From NCBI GenBank assembly GCA_029561455.1, contig JAKQIY010000076.1:81838-145837 (forward strand): DNA of 64,000 nucleotides. Direction: 5' to 3'. The stretch is from a bacterium. GTDB lineage: Bacteria > Zhuqueibacterota > Zhuqueibacteria > Residuimicrobiales > Krinioviventaceae. How positions within the stretch are numbered: position 1 is the stretch's first letter; each line of letters begins with the position of its first letter. Both the position numbers and the translations under genes were made by a program. Under the pieces are notes generated by a model. That model ran no database searches. It saw only the letters and a program-made list of their open reading frames with translations, and was not told where the DNA came from. Positions 9,408 to 19,130 of the stretch are shown here, one piece after another.

Positions 9408-10628
9408 TTATTTGTAACGCTGCATTGCTGTATTTACAATCAAACCTATCATGACCATGTTAGTCAACAGCGATGAACCGCCGTAACTGATGAACGGTAA
9501 CGGCATTCCGGTGACCGGCATAATACCCATGGTCATGCCGATATTAACTACTACCTGAAACAAAAAAATGACCATAAAACCGAATGTCATCAGGCCGGCG
9601 AAATCGGTTTTGGCATTATAAGCAACGGTAATGATGCGGAGCAGAAAAATTAGAAATGTAACCAGCACTACCAAAGCGCCCAACAAACCCCACTCTTCCG
9701 CCAGAACCGAAAAAATAAAATCGGTATGCTGGGCCGGTAAAAAACGAAGTTGGGTTTGCGAGCCATGCAAAAAACCCTTGCCAATTATACCACCCGATCC
9801 GATGGCAACTTTGGATTGAATGATCTGATACCCTGATCCCTGTGGGTCAGATACCAGGCCAAGAAAACCAAGGACGCGCTGTTTTTGATAATCATGTAAA
9901 TGATGCCATAAATTGGGCGCGGCTATACCGGCCAGAATATTGACCAGAAATACCGCCCAAAACACAACAGCACGCTGACGACTGAGAATTAATATAGCAC
10001 AAATTATTAACATTATGAAAGAAAAAGTCCAGAAATTAAATGCAGCAACAAAAGTGACAACCGGGAAAAAAATGATCATAATAATAAACAAGCTTAATCC
10101 CTTCCAGTAAAGCATTGGTATTAGTATGACCAGAAATGTCAATGACGTACCTAAATCCGGTTGTTTCATAACTAATATGAATGGTACTAAAACAAGAGCA
10201 AATGCAGCTAAAAGATAACGTATTTTTTTCAAAGAGCAGTTTTGTGAACCAAGTAATGCCGCCAGGGTAATAACCATTACCGGCTTCATGAATTCCGAAG
10301 GCTGAAGCTGAAAACTGCCGATATTAATCCAGCGGCTGGGCTGACCGGTATCGGGCAAAAACAATAAAACAACTAAAAAACATAAATTAATAAAATACAG
10401 ACCACCCGCCGACATATGCACCCAATCGAGCGGGATTTTTGCCGTAAACACCATAATAACCAGGCCGATCATGATCCAGATCACCTGACGGAGAAAATAG
10501 CTCTTCCAGGCGCCGGGGGTTCCGGTCCATGTCGCGCTATATATGGCAACAAGTCCATACAGGCATAGCAGCAGGGTGGTAATGATCAACACCCGGTCAG
10601 TTTTGATTTTTTTTATAACAGTCATCAT
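9408..10628 (-). CDS. rodA: Rod shape-determining SEDS protein RodA
   Basis: RWINIG, QPSEFMK, QPDLGT, GYQIIQS, HTDFIF, PVTGMPLPFISYGGSS; follows PBP2. Confidence 0.95.
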   Translation of the reverse strand: MMTVIKKIKTDRVLIITTLLLCLYGLVAIYSATWTGTPGAWKSYFLRQVIWIMIGLVIMVFTAKIPLDWVHMSAGGLYFINLCFLVVLLFLPDTGQPSRWINIGSFQLQPSEFMKPVMVITLAALLGSQNCSLKKIRYLLAAFALVLVPFILVMKQPDLGTSLTFLVILIPMLYWKGLSLFIIMIIFFPVVTFVAAFNFWTFSFIMLIICAILILSRQRAVVFWAVFLVNILAGIAAPNLWHHLHDYQKQRVLGFLGLVSDPQGSGYQIIQSKVAIGSGGIIGKGFLHGSQTQLRFLPAQHTDFIFSVLAEEWGLLGALVVLVTFLIFLLRIITVAYNAKTDFAGLMTFGFMVIFLFQVVVNIGMTMGIMPVTGMPLPFISYGGSSLLTNMVMIGLIVNTAMQRYK

Positions 10629-10657
10629 ATTTCAATCAGGAACAAATTTAATTATGA

Positions 10658-12451
10658 TCAATGGGTATAATAAACAATACTATCACTTGCAGCCCTGCTC
10701 CGTGATTTATTAAAATACATTTGTAACAGATCGTGAGCAATAGGAGCGGCCTGGGCGCCGCCGCCGCCGCCATTTTCAATAAAAACACAAAAGGCAACCT
10801 CCGGGCGCTCAAATGGAGCAAAACCGATAAACCAGGCATGATCTTCGCCATGTGGATTTTGTGCGGTGCCGGTTTTTCCGGCAACCTCAATATCCGGCAA
10901 CCGACTGGCTCTGCCTGTGCCCCGGTCGCCATTAACCACCAGGCGCATACCGTTGCGAATAATTGCATAGGTGTGCGCTGATATACTGCCGGTTTGGTAA
11001 ACTTTTACCGAATCGCCAGGAATATCCCGGTTTTGAGTATCGACAAAACGTTTCACCAGGTGAGGAGTATACCACATACCGGAATTGGCCAGGATCATTG
11101 CAAACTGGGCCATTTGCAGGGGTGTGGTCAGTAAATCGCCCTGCCCGATTCCCAGATTCAAAAGCATACCTCTCGTCCAGCCGGTTTTTTGATAGGTATT
11201 ATTCAGGTAGGTACTGTCCGGTACATTACCGGCTTTTTCACCGGGCAGGTCGATGCCGGTTACCCGGCCAAAACCAAATTCGCAGGCAAATCTGGCCCAG
11301 GTATTGACATCAACTCCCAGGCTTACATTATATAAATAAACATTACACGACATTTTAATGGCATCGGTCAGATTATTAGTACCATGCCCGGCATGATTCC
11401 AGCAGTTAAAAGTAGCGGAACCGAAATGAAAATAACCCGGACAAGAATACATGGTATTTTCGGTAATTTTATTTTCCTGTAAAGCCGCTGCCAACATGAC
11501 CAGCTTGAAGGTAGAACCCGGGGGAAATTCCCCCTGGATCATTCTGTCAAACAACGGCTTGGCCGGATCGTTAAGCAGGTTTTGCCAGGTATTGTATGGA
11601 ATATTTCCGGCCAGCAATGCTGGATCATAATCCGGTTTGCTGCACAAAACCAACACTTCTCCGTTGCGGGTATCAATAAAAATAACGCCACCCTGCCGGT
11701 TGCTCAGTAAATCCTCCGCCAGTTTTTGCATGTCCAGATCAATTGTAAGGTAAAGATCATGCCCCGGCGCCGGGTCGCGTTCACCGGCAAAATCTTTATC
11801 GGCTACTTCCCTGCCCAGTGCATTCACTTCAATAAAATTATAACCGGCCAGGCCGCGTAATTTATCATCAAATGCTTTTTCAATACCTTTTTTACCGATA
11901 ATATCGCCCGGCGTAATATCTGCTTGCGGCAGGGTCTCCAACTCTTTTTTAGTCACCTCTGCTAAATATCCCAACAAGTGAGCGGACCAGAGATTATCCA
12001 GATACGTGCGTTTGGGTTCGATCTTGAAAAAAATTCCGGGCAGATTAAGCTTGTTTTCCTCAATACGGATCATGGCCTGGTACTGAATATCATTCCACAA
12101 TTTCACAGGAGTGAAAGGATTTACCGCTGCCGCTAACTTTTTGCGAATAACAGCGCCGGAATCGGCGAGTATGACGGACAATAAATTTATGACACTGTCG
12201 TTACGGCATTCAAATGGTACGGCATATACTGAATATGCAGGCTGATTCTTTACGATCAACTTGCCGTTCCGGTCATAAATATTACCCCGCGAGGGAATTA
12301 TACGAACCCTGCGGATACGATTCTTGTCGGAAAACTCACGATACTTTTGCCGTTCATAAACCTGTAACTGGAACAATTTAATAAACAGCAAAAACAATAA
12401 AAAGCTCACAACAGAAGCGGATAGTATTTTTTTATCTTCAAATAGCGTCAT
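10658..12451 (-). CDS. mrdA: Penicillin-binding protein 2
   Basis: RGNIYDRNG, PGSTFK (SxxK), SCN, KTGTAQ, HAWF. Confidence 0.95.
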   Translation of the reverse strand: MTLFEDKKILSASVVSFLLFLLFIKLFQLQVYERQKYREFSDKNRIRRVRIIPSRGNIYDRNGKLIVKNQPAYSVYAVPFECRNDSVINLLSVILADSGAVIRKKLAAAVNPFTPVKLWNDIQYQAMIRIEENKLNLPGIFFKIEPKRTYLDNLWSAHLLGYLAEVTKKELETLPQADITPGDIIGKKGIEKAFDDKLRGLAGYNFIEVNALGREVADKDFAGERDPAPGHDLYLTIDLDMQKLAEDLLSNRQGGVIFIDTRNGEVLVLCSKPDYDPALLAGNIPYNTWQNLLNDPAKPLFDRMIQGEFPPGSTFKLVMLAAALQENKITENTMYSCPGYFHFGSATFNCWNHAGHGTNNLTDAIKMSCNVYLYNVSLGVDVNTWARFACEFGFGRVTGIDLPGEKAGNVPDSTYLNNTYQKTGWTRGMLLNLGIGQGDLLTTPLQMAQFAMILANSGMWYTPHLVKRFVDTQNRDIPGDSVKVYQTGSISAHTYAIIRNGMRLVVNGDRGTGRASRLPDIEVAGKTGTAQNPHGEDHAWFIGFAPFERPEVAFCVFIENGGGGGAQAAPIAHDLLQMYFNKSRSRAASDSIVYYTH

Positions 12452-12478
12452 AAATTACAAGATCGCAGGCCTCTTTAT

Positions 12479-12979
12479 TCAATAAGAATCAAATGTGTTA
12501 GTCATTGATTTCTTCCAGATCTTCTCAGGCGCAAAAAGAATGACAATACCCATTATGATCAGCGTATACAAAACCCGTGGTAAAATATTTTTCAACATAC
12601 CGGACCAGAATGAGGTCGACATAAAATTGATAAAAAAATGGGCCAGAAAAAAATACAGAAAGATGTAAACCGCAAACACCAACAATAATTCCAGTTTTTT
12701 ATGAAACACTCTTTTACTAAAAAGAGAACCGGCAATAAATCCACAAACAGAGAAAAGTAATGAACCGACGCCGGGAATACCATATCCCAGCACATCACGC
12801 AGGAAACCGGTAAGAAAACCGGCCAGCGTTGCATAATTACGGTTTGTACCCAGGGCTGCTAGTCCCAGCAGGATAATACTCAAATCGGGTATGATAGTGA
12901 ATAGTGCCAGATGATCGACAACAGCAACCTGCAAAATGACCGACAAAAGTAATAAAACTGAATAAATAAAAGCCTTCAT
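12479..12979 (-). CDS. mreD: Rod shape-determining protein MreD
   Basis: Hydrophobic; IIPDLSII, GFLTGFLRDVL; lies between mreC and mrdA. Confidence 0.85.
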   Translation of the reverse strand: MKAFIYSVLLLLSVILQVAVVDHLALFTIIPDLSIILLGLAALGTNRNYATLAGFLTGFLRDVLGYGIPGVGSLLFSVCGFIAGSLFSKRVFHKKLELLLVFAVYIFLYFFLAHFFINFMSTSFWSGMLKNILPRVLYTLIIMGIVILFAPEKIWKKSMTNTFDSY

Positions 12980-13773
12980 TGCTGCTCTTCTTTACTTTTA
13001 AGAATCAACACATGCTCAAGCCTGGAATAATCAACCTGGGGTTTGATGACAAGAATATGGAACAGGCGATTAGGGTCGCGCCTGATGCCGGTAACATGGC
13101 CGATGACTATCCCTTCCGGGAAAAACGAACTGGTTCCCGCGGTAATGATCTGTTCGCCGGTTTTTACATGAACCGTTTGCGGCACTCCCCACATGATCGG
13201 TTTTTCTTCGCCGGTGCCTTCAAAAATGCCGGTATAACGTGATTCGGTTAACCGGGCAGCGGCGCGAAAGTTTTTATCGACCAGCAACTGGCCGATGGAA
13301 TAAGAACCGGCAACGCGTATTATTTTCCCCGCCAGTCCGGCGCTGGCTATAAAAGGCATATTTTCTGCTATTCCCTTATCACGCCCGGCGTCCAAAATCA
13401 CTGCTTTAATTCCGCCTGCGCCCTCAAATCCTGTAACCCGCGCGGCGACATTATCGCCGGGCAGGTATTGTTGCAGATCGAGTAATGCCAAAAGCCTTTT
13501 ATTTTCAATTTCAACATTTTGCAATTGCGAATTGTCGTATAAAAGCCTGATGTTTTCTTCATGCAGGCGCTGATTTTCGGTACGCAGATCGTGCACCTGT
13601 CGCAGTTCGGCGACCGGTGATAAAACCTTGCCCAGAATATTCAGAGTAAATGTATATAGTGCGCTTTCTTGTCCGCTTTGGTGGGCGGATATAAGTATGA
13701 TCAATGAAGCGATTATAGTCATCGCCAGGACAAAGAAATCACCCCATGGTATTTTTTTTATGCGATTCGACAA
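12976..13773 (-). CDS. mreC: Rod shape-determining protein MreC (probable TTG start at 13773)
   Basis: TM + coiled coil (ENKRLLALL), LDAGRDKGI, GLAGKI, FPEGIVIG. The ORF-track start at 13902 overlaps lpxH and is unlikely. Confidence 0.88.
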   Translation of the reverse strand: MSNRIKKIPWGDFFVLAMTIIASLIILISAHQSGQESALYTFTLNILGKVLSPVAELRQVHDLRTENQRLHEENIRLLYDNSQLQNVEIENKRLLALLDLQQYLPGDNVAARVTGFEGAGGIKAVILDAGRDKGIAENMPFIASAGLAGKIIRVAGSYSIGQLLVDKNFRAAARLTESRYTGIFEGTGEEKPIMWGVPQTVHVKTGEQIITAGTSSFFPEGIVIGHVTGIRRDPNRLFHILVIKPQVDYSRLEHVLILKSKEEQQ

Positions 13774-13786
13774 ATCATATTCCCGG

Positions 13787-14566
13787 TTATTTGCTTTGCA
13801 TATTGCCCGGCGGCAATGTAATTTGGAACCGCTCCCCCGCGCCGTTGCGCCAACGCAACACTTCCGGGACGCCATTTTCAATAACTGCAAAAGTAAAATC
13901 ATCCATCCAGTAACCGGGATTTATATACCATCCATTCCGGTATTGCTGAAGCGCCGGCCAGTGGGTATGTCCGAGTACTACAAAATCATAGCCTTCATCA
14001 ATGCGGGCAAAAGCGAATTCCCGATAATCCATATCGGAATAACCGGAACGGTCTTTGGAGGCTTCCCGGCTCAGATGTGAGCAAAACAGGGCTAAGGGTA
14101 TGCCCAGGTCGGGGTGCAGCATTCGGTACAGGAAGGTGTTCACTGGGCTGCGCAGTGTCTTTTTCATAGCCCGGTAGAGATGATCTTTTTTCAATAATCC
14201 ATCACCGTGTTTAATAAATATTTTATAATTATCATTAGCGATTACGTGGTCATCGGGGTGCAGGCGCAAACCGACCTCATTTTTCATAAACGAACCCAGC
14301 CAGAAATCATGATTCCCGGCCATATAATGAATCTCCTTACCTGACCGGCAAAGGTTAGCCAATAATGAAATAATATGAAAATGCCGTTGCGGTATAGCAT
14401 GCCGATACTCGAACCAGAAATCAAACAGATCGCCAACAATCACCAAAACAGCATTCTGACCGGCATAATATTCTAAAAAGGAAACAAGCTGTTCGGCTTT
14501 GCGGGCTTCTTTTTCCAGGCTCTGGGCGCCCAGGTGAGCATCGGAAAGAAAAAATATTTTACTCAT
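13787..14566 (-). CDS. lpxH: UDP-2,3-diacylglucosamine hydrolase (calcineurin-like)
   Basis: FLSDAHLG, VGDLFDFWFEY, GNHDFW, HGDG, LGHTH; probable start MSKIFF at 14566. Confidence 0.85.
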   Translation of the reverse strand: MSKIFFLSDAHLGAQSLEKEARKAEQLVSFLEYYAGQNAVLVIVGDLFDFWFEYRHAIPQRHFHIISLLANLCRSGKEIHYMAGNHDFWLGSFMKNEVGLRLHPDDHVIANDNYKIFIKHGDGLLKKDHLYRAMKKTLRSPVNTFLYRMLHPDLGIPLALFCSHLSREASKDRSGYSDMDYREFAFARIDEGYDFVVLGHTHWPALQQYRNGWYINPGYWMDDFTFAVIENGVPEVLRWRNGAGERFQITLPPGNMQSK

Positions 14567-14693
14567 CACATTTATCCATTTTTTTGAACTATTAAAATAA
14601 ACAAACATGGCTTTAAATGCAAGGCCGGAATGCAGTTAGCAAGCCAATTGCTGAAAATAAGCGCCGTGCCAGACCTGGATTACTTAAAAAGAG

Positions 14694-14722
14694 TTGACAA
14701 ATAATTAAAAGTTTATTACTTT
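14694..14722 (+). promoter_or_regulatory. sigma70 promoter of the BMC-H gene
   Basis: TTGACA-N17-TACTTT. Confidence 0.65.
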
Positions 14723-14783
14723 TTAACTTACATACATCAATTTTTTAAAATAGCAGAATAAAAAAATGGAGGCACAATTGACT

Positions 14784-15068
14784 ATGGAAGCATTAGGACT
14801 GGTAGAAACTCGTGGATTTATTCCCGCCATCGAAGCGGCTGATGCAATGGTAAAAGCGGCAAACGTTCAACTGGTTGGCACCGAACGGGTAGGCAGTGGT
14901 TTAGTCACCGTTATTGTCCGTGGAGATGTCGGCGCAGTTAAAGCTGCAACCGATGCCGGCGCAGCTGCTGCTGAAAAAGTTGGCGAACTGGTTTCCGTTC
15001 ATGTCATTCCCAGGCCTCATTCCGATGTTGAACAGATTTTACCCAAAGCCAAAGCTGCTGTAAAATAA
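14784..15068 (+). CDS. Bacterial microcompartment hexameric shell protein (BMC-H; EutM/PduA/CcmK family)
   Basis: [42 protein letters not shown]; GGAGG RBS at 14768. Start at 14784 or 14766. Confidence 0.95.
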   Translation: MEALGLVETRGFIPAIEAADAMVKAANVQLVGTERVGSGLVTVIVRGDVGAVKAATDAGAAAAEKVGELVSVHVIPRPHSDVEQILPKAKAAVK

Positions 15069-15193
15069 TTATTTAAGGCTCTGAATTATTATTACACTAT
15101 TCAGAATATAACGGCTTGAATGAAATCCCGTCATATAATTATTGTCGGAAATATAATGGTAAACCTATGCCCATGCTGAAAACAGGAATGTGA

Positions 15194-16051
15194 GTGCAAG
15201 TTCAATCTTTTGCCAAAATAAACCTGGGTTTGAGAATTCTGGGAAGACGTAATGACGGCTTTCATGAATTGGAAACAATTTTTCAAACCATCAGCTTGCA
15301 CGACGACCTGGAAATAAACCCGGCGGAAAAAGAGATAACCTTACAAGGGGACTCGCCGGGTTGCACGCCGGAACAAAACCTGGTCTATAAAGCGGCGCTA
15401 TTATTAAAACAATACTGTAATGTCGAACGGGGGTGTGACATTACACTTAAAAAAAGAATTCCGGTCGGCGCCGGTTTGGGCGGCGGCAGCAGCAATGCGG
15501 CAGCAACACTTGTTGCCCTGAACACACTGTGGCATACCGGCCTAAGCACAGCAACACTTTTGCAGCTTGCTGGTAAACTTGGCTCCGATGTTCCTTTCTT
15601 TATTATTAATGGAACGGCTTTGGGTCAAGGCAGAGGGGAAATTTTAACGCCAATCGATCTTGCCCTGCATTATCATGGGGTGCTGGTATGCCCGGATTTA
15701 CATATAATAACAAAAACAGCTTATGAATTGCTTAATTTTAGCTTGACAAAGTCATTTAAAAAAAGTAAATTTAGTGTCTTGACAAGATGGAAAACCGATA
15801 TTAAGATCTGGAATTTAGTACTTGTCAATGATTTTGAACCAGTAATATTTGACGCTTATCCTGAACTGGGTGAGATATTTCAGGAATTAAAAAAGCAGGA
15901 TGCGTTTTATTACCGGATGTCAGGAAGCGGTTCAACACTGTTTGGTTTGTTTGAAAATGAACAAAAGGCATCACAAGCCCAGCAATATTTTCAGAAAAAA
16001 TATCAGACATTTGTTTTTACACCGCGTTACCAACATACAGAAAGTAACTGA
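15194..16051 (+). CDS. ispE: 4-diphosphocytidyl-2-C-methyl-D-erythritol kinase
   Basis: AKINLGL, KRIPVGAGLGGGSSNAA, LGSDVPFF, NDFE, MSGSGS. Confidence 0.95.
   Translation: MQVQSFAKINLGLRILGRRNDGFHELETIFQTISLHDDLEINPAEKEITLQGDSPGCTPEQNLVYKAALLLKQYCNVERGCDITLKKRIPVGAGLGGGSSNAAATLVALNTLWHTGLSTATLLQLAGKLGSDVPFFIINGTALGQGRGEILTPIDLALHYHGVLVCPDLHIITKTAYELLNFSLTKSFKKSKFSVLTRWKTDIKIWNLVLVNDFEPVIFDAYPELGEIFQELKKQDAFYYRMSGSGSTLFGLFENEQKASQAQQYFQKKYQTFVFTPRYQHTESN
15743..15771 (+). promoter_or_regulatory. Internal sigma70 promoter within ispE, probably for tRNA-Gln/prs
   Basis: TTGACA-N17-TAAATT in an AT-rich patch of the ispE CDS. Confidence 0.5.
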
Positions 16052-16073
16052 ATCCGGGTTAATAAAATTATTT

Positions 16074-16145
16074 TGGGGCGTCGTCAAGCGGAAAGACTCA
16101 GGATTTTGGATCCTGCATTCGGAGGTTCGAATCCTCCCGCCCCAG
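16074..16145 (+). tRNA. tRNA-Gln(UUG)
   Basis: Acceptor TGGGGCG/CGCCCCA; anticodon arm CAGGA-TTTTGGA-TCCTG; T-arm GGAGG-TTCGAAT-CCTCC; CCA not encoded; canonical ispE-tRNA-Gln-prs synteny. Confidence 0.96.
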
Positions 16146-16155
16146 CAAGGTTCTT

Positions 16156-16187
16156 AAAATGACGAACGTGTTTATTCGTCATTTTTT
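16156..16187 (+). terminator. Hairpin/terminator after tRNA-Gln
   Basis: AAAATGACGAA...TTCGTCATTTT plus T-run. Confidence 0.6.
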
Positions 16188-16281
16188 CGTTACACTATAT
16201 TTATTAATGACTTTTTCAATGCCCTGCTGATTAAGGGTATTAATGAACTGATGTTTTGATAATCTTTAAATAACTTTTTGA

Positions 16282-17250
16282 ATGGTGAATTCATCAAAAA
16301 CGCCCGAAATAAAAATTTTTTCGGGGCGCTCAAATCCCGGCCTGGCTGAAAAAATAGCTTCAAGTATGAACAGACCTTTAGACCAGGTGGAAATCAAAAA
16401 TTTCTCCGATGGAGAAATTTGGGTCAAGTATAAAGAAAATATCCGGGGCACCGATGTTTTTATCATTCAACCGACAAATGCTCCGGCAGAGAATCTGCTG
16501 GAATTATTAATAATGATCGATGCGGCGCGGCGTGCATCGGCTTCCTCCATAACGGCGGTTATTCCCTATTTTGGCTATGCCCGTCAGGACAGGAAAGACC
16601 AGCCCAGAGTTGCGATTAGTTCCAAACTGGTAGCGAATCTGCTTACAAAAGCCGGCGTGAACCGGGTATTAACAATGGATTTGCATGCCCCGCAAATCCA
16701 GGGCTTTTTCGATATACCACTGGATCACTTGTATGCTGCAACAATATTTATCGATCATATTAAAAAGCAAAACCTGCCGAATCTGGTGGTAGCCTCGCCG
16801 GATATTGGCGGCATACATCTGGCCCGCGCGTACGCCAGCCGGCTGGGTTCAGACCTGGTCATGATGAACAAACGGCGCATTAAACATAATGTCTGCTGTG
16901 TTACGGAACTGATAGGCGATGTGCGGGATAAAAACGTTCTGGTTGTTGATGATATGATCGATACCGCCGGCACCTTGGTAAACGGGGTAAAAGTTTTAAA
17001 AGAAAAAGGCGCCAATGATATTTATGTAGCATGCACACATGCTCTGTTATCCGGCAACGCAGTGGAACTGATAAAAAATTCAGAGATAACTAAAATATAT
17101 TGCAGTAATTCCACCAATATACCGGAACATAAACAACTTGATAATATGGAAATCCTCTGTATCTCCAGATTATTCGGAGAAGCCATAACACGTATACATG
17201 AAGAGCGATCGATTTCCGATTTGTTTCCACAAAAAGGACCAATGCATTAA
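16282..17250 (+). CDS. prs: Ribose-phosphate pyrophosphokinase
   Basis: FSDGEI, PYFGYARQDRK, DLHAPQIQGFF, VDDMIDTAGT. Confidence 0.97.
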   Translation: MVNSSKTPEIKIFSGRSNPGLAEKIASSMNRPLDQVEIKNFSDGEIWVKYKENIRGTDVFIIQPTNAPAENLLELLIMIDAARRASASSITAVIPYFGYARQDRKDQPRVAISSKLVANLLTKAGVNRVLTMDLHAPQIQGFFDIPLDHLYAATIFIDHIKKQNLPNLVVASPDIGGIHLARAYASRLGSDLVMMNKRRIKHNVCCVTELIGDVRDKNVLVVDDMIDTAGTLVNGVKVLKEKGANDIYVACTHALLSGNAVELIKNSEITKIYCSNSTNIPEHKQLDNMEILCISRLFGEAITRIHEERSISDLFPQKGPMH

Positions 17251-17295
17251 AATAAAAATACTGATACAAAGCAGATAAATATATGGAGATATGAA

Positions 17296-17943
17296 ATGTC
17301 ACAACTATCGTTGACGGTAGAAACCCGCAAAGAGACGGGCAAGCAATATGCAAAAAAATTAAAACGGGATGAAAAAATACCCGGCGTCTTTTACTTTCAT
17401 GGCAAGGAAAATATTCCTCTAACTGTAGGTCTGAAAGATGTCCAGGCGCTGGTGGGTAATGAAAGCGGTATAGTCAAAGTGCTGCTGGATGGCAAGCATG
17501 AAAAGAACTGTATCATCAGAGAAATTCAATATCATCCCATCACCGCCAGGCCGATTCATATTGACCTGATGGGTATTCTAATGACGGAAAAAATTCACGT
17601 CAATGTCCCTGTACATTTGACGGGTATAGCCAACGGCGTAAAGAATTTTTCCGGTATCTTGCAGCACAATACCCGCGAACTCGAAGTACTGTGCTTGCCG
17701 GCCGACATTCCCCAATTTATTGAAGTTGATGTAACCAATTTGGGAATTGGCGATTCGATTCATGTGTCGTCAATTAAAATGGATAAAATTGAATTCCTGA
17801 ACGACCCCGATACGGTAATTGCATCAGTCGGCGCTATGCGGGTAACTGAAGAACCTGTTGCTGCCGCTGCATTAACCACAGAAGACGCTGCAAAAGAACC
17901 GGAACTGATTACCAAGGCGCCGCAGGAAGAAAAGAAACCATAA
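17296..17943 (+). CDS. rplY: 50S ribosomal protein bL25/Ctc (long form)
   Basis: IPGVFY, EIQYHPI...HIDL, CLPADIP, LGIGDSIHV. Confidence 0.95.
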   Translation: MSQLSLTVETRKETGKQYAKKLKRDEKIPGVFYFHGKENIPLTVGLKDVQALVGNESGIVKVLLDGKHEKNCIIREIQYHPITARPIHIDLMGILMTEKIHVNVPVHLTGIANGVKNFSGILQHNTRELEVLCLPADIPQFIEVDVTNLGIGDSIHVSSIKMDKIEFLNDPDTVIASVGAMRVTEEPVAAAALTTEDAAKEPELITKAPQEEKKP

Positions 17944-17969
17944 TCCGGTGATGCTAAACTGGTAAGTAG

Positions 17970-18551
17970 ATGTCCAATACATATTTGATAACCGGACTTG
18001 GAAACCCCGGACGCCGGTATAGCAAAACCCGTCATAATGCAGGATTCATGGTTATTGATAGAATTATATCAACATTTAATGGTTCTTTGGAAAAAACAGG
18101 CGGACTGGCGGAAGTTGCCCAAGTAACAATTGCCGATGTACCGGTGATGGTTGCAAAGCCGCAAACCTATATGAACAATAGTGGTTTAGCTGTCAAAGCC
18201 CTGTTACAACATCTAAATTCAAGTTACGATCACTTGCTGGTCATATATGATGATATTAATCTTGAATTTGGCCGTTTAAAAATTAAAGGCAAGGGCAGTT
18301 CCGGAGGGCACAATGGAATGGAATCAATTCTGTTCCATTTAGGGACAGATGAATTTGCACGGTTGCGTATCGGCATCGGTCAAACAGCAATGCCGCATGA
18401 TATGGTGCGCTTTGTGTTATCAGGCTTTACCGCAACTGAACGGCGCCAATTGCCTGATTTAATAGATTTTGCAGAAAAGGCCGTTATCAGTTTTTTAACC
18501 ACAGGTCTGGAAAAAACTATGAATACATATAATACAAAATTGAATAAATAA
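17970..18551 (+). CDS. pth: Peptidyl-tRNA hydrolase
   Basis: GLGNPG, TRHNAGF, KPQTYMNNSG, GGHNG, RLRIGIG. Confidence 0.96.
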   Translation: MSNTYLITGLGNPGRRYSKTRHNAGFMVIDRIISTFNGSLEKTGGLAEVAQVTIADVPVMVAKPQTYMNNSGLAVKALLQHLNSSYDHLLVIYDDINLEFGRLKIKGKGSSGGHNGMESILFHLGTDEFARLRIGIGQTAMPHDMVRFVLSGFTATERRQLPDLIDFAEKAVISFLTTGLEKTMNTYNTKLNK

Positions 18552-18571
18552 TCCTATCAGGAGGAGTAAAC

Positions 18572-19042
18572 TTGCGTAAATACGAAACCATATTTGTAAT
18601 TGATTCGTTATTGAAATCCGACGAGATCGAAAACATAATTACCAAATATGAAAAATTTATCTCAGCAAACGGCGGACAAATTGAAACCCTGGAAAAGTGG
18701 GGTAAAAAAAGATTAGCTTTTGAAATTAAAAAGAGACAATATGGATATTATGTCTTTATACGTTTCGATGGCAGCCCGTCGATGATCAAACCCCTGGAAC
18801 GGGAATATCGCTTGAATGAATCAATTTTACGCTATAAAACGATCATTTTATCTACCATGGCGTTGAAAGCGCTGGCTATACAACAGGCAATGGGATATAC
18901 GAAAAAGCATACGGAAGAACCTGCCGAAACCAGTCCCGCAGCAGCTTCGTCATCAGATAAAAACGATAGCGATATAATTTTACCGCAGGAGAGTGATTCG
19001 TCACGTGCCGATCAATTTGCTGAAGAAAAAACAGAAAATTGA
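18572..19042 (+). CDS. rpsF: 30S ribosomal protein bS6 with acidic C-terminal extension
   Basis: MRKYETIFV, WGKKRLAFEIKK, ILRY; TTG start with GGAGG RBS. Confidence 0.95.
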   Translation: MRKYETIFVIDSLLKSDEIENIITKYEKFISANGGQIETLEKWGKKRLAFEIKKRQYGYYVFIRFDGSPSMIKPLEREYRLNESILRYKTIILSTMALKALAIQQAMGYTKKHTEEPAETSPAAASSSDKNDSDIILPQESDSSRADQFAEEKTEN

Positions 19043-19130
19043 ATGATCGCTTGATATTTGCAGATAAATTTTGTAATATTATTAAATATATCCAAACGGG
19101 TTTTATAAAAAAGGCCATAGGAGCAGGTAT

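Noticed and set aside
13774-13902. N-terminal extension of mreC in the ORF track
   Set aside because: Overlaps the lpxH 3' end; a TTG at 13773 just after the lpxH stop gives a normal MreC N-terminus.
14656-14671. sigma54-like TGGCACGGCGCTTATT upstream of lpxH (and TGGCACGAATATTATT at 58121-58136)
   Set aside because: Good -24 element, but the -12 GC is missing (TTAT); the second copy also points at no gene.
16074-16145. tRNA-Gln as an island integration site
   Set aside because: Flanked by conserved ispE and prs; no integrase or duplicated tRNA 3' end was seen in the window.
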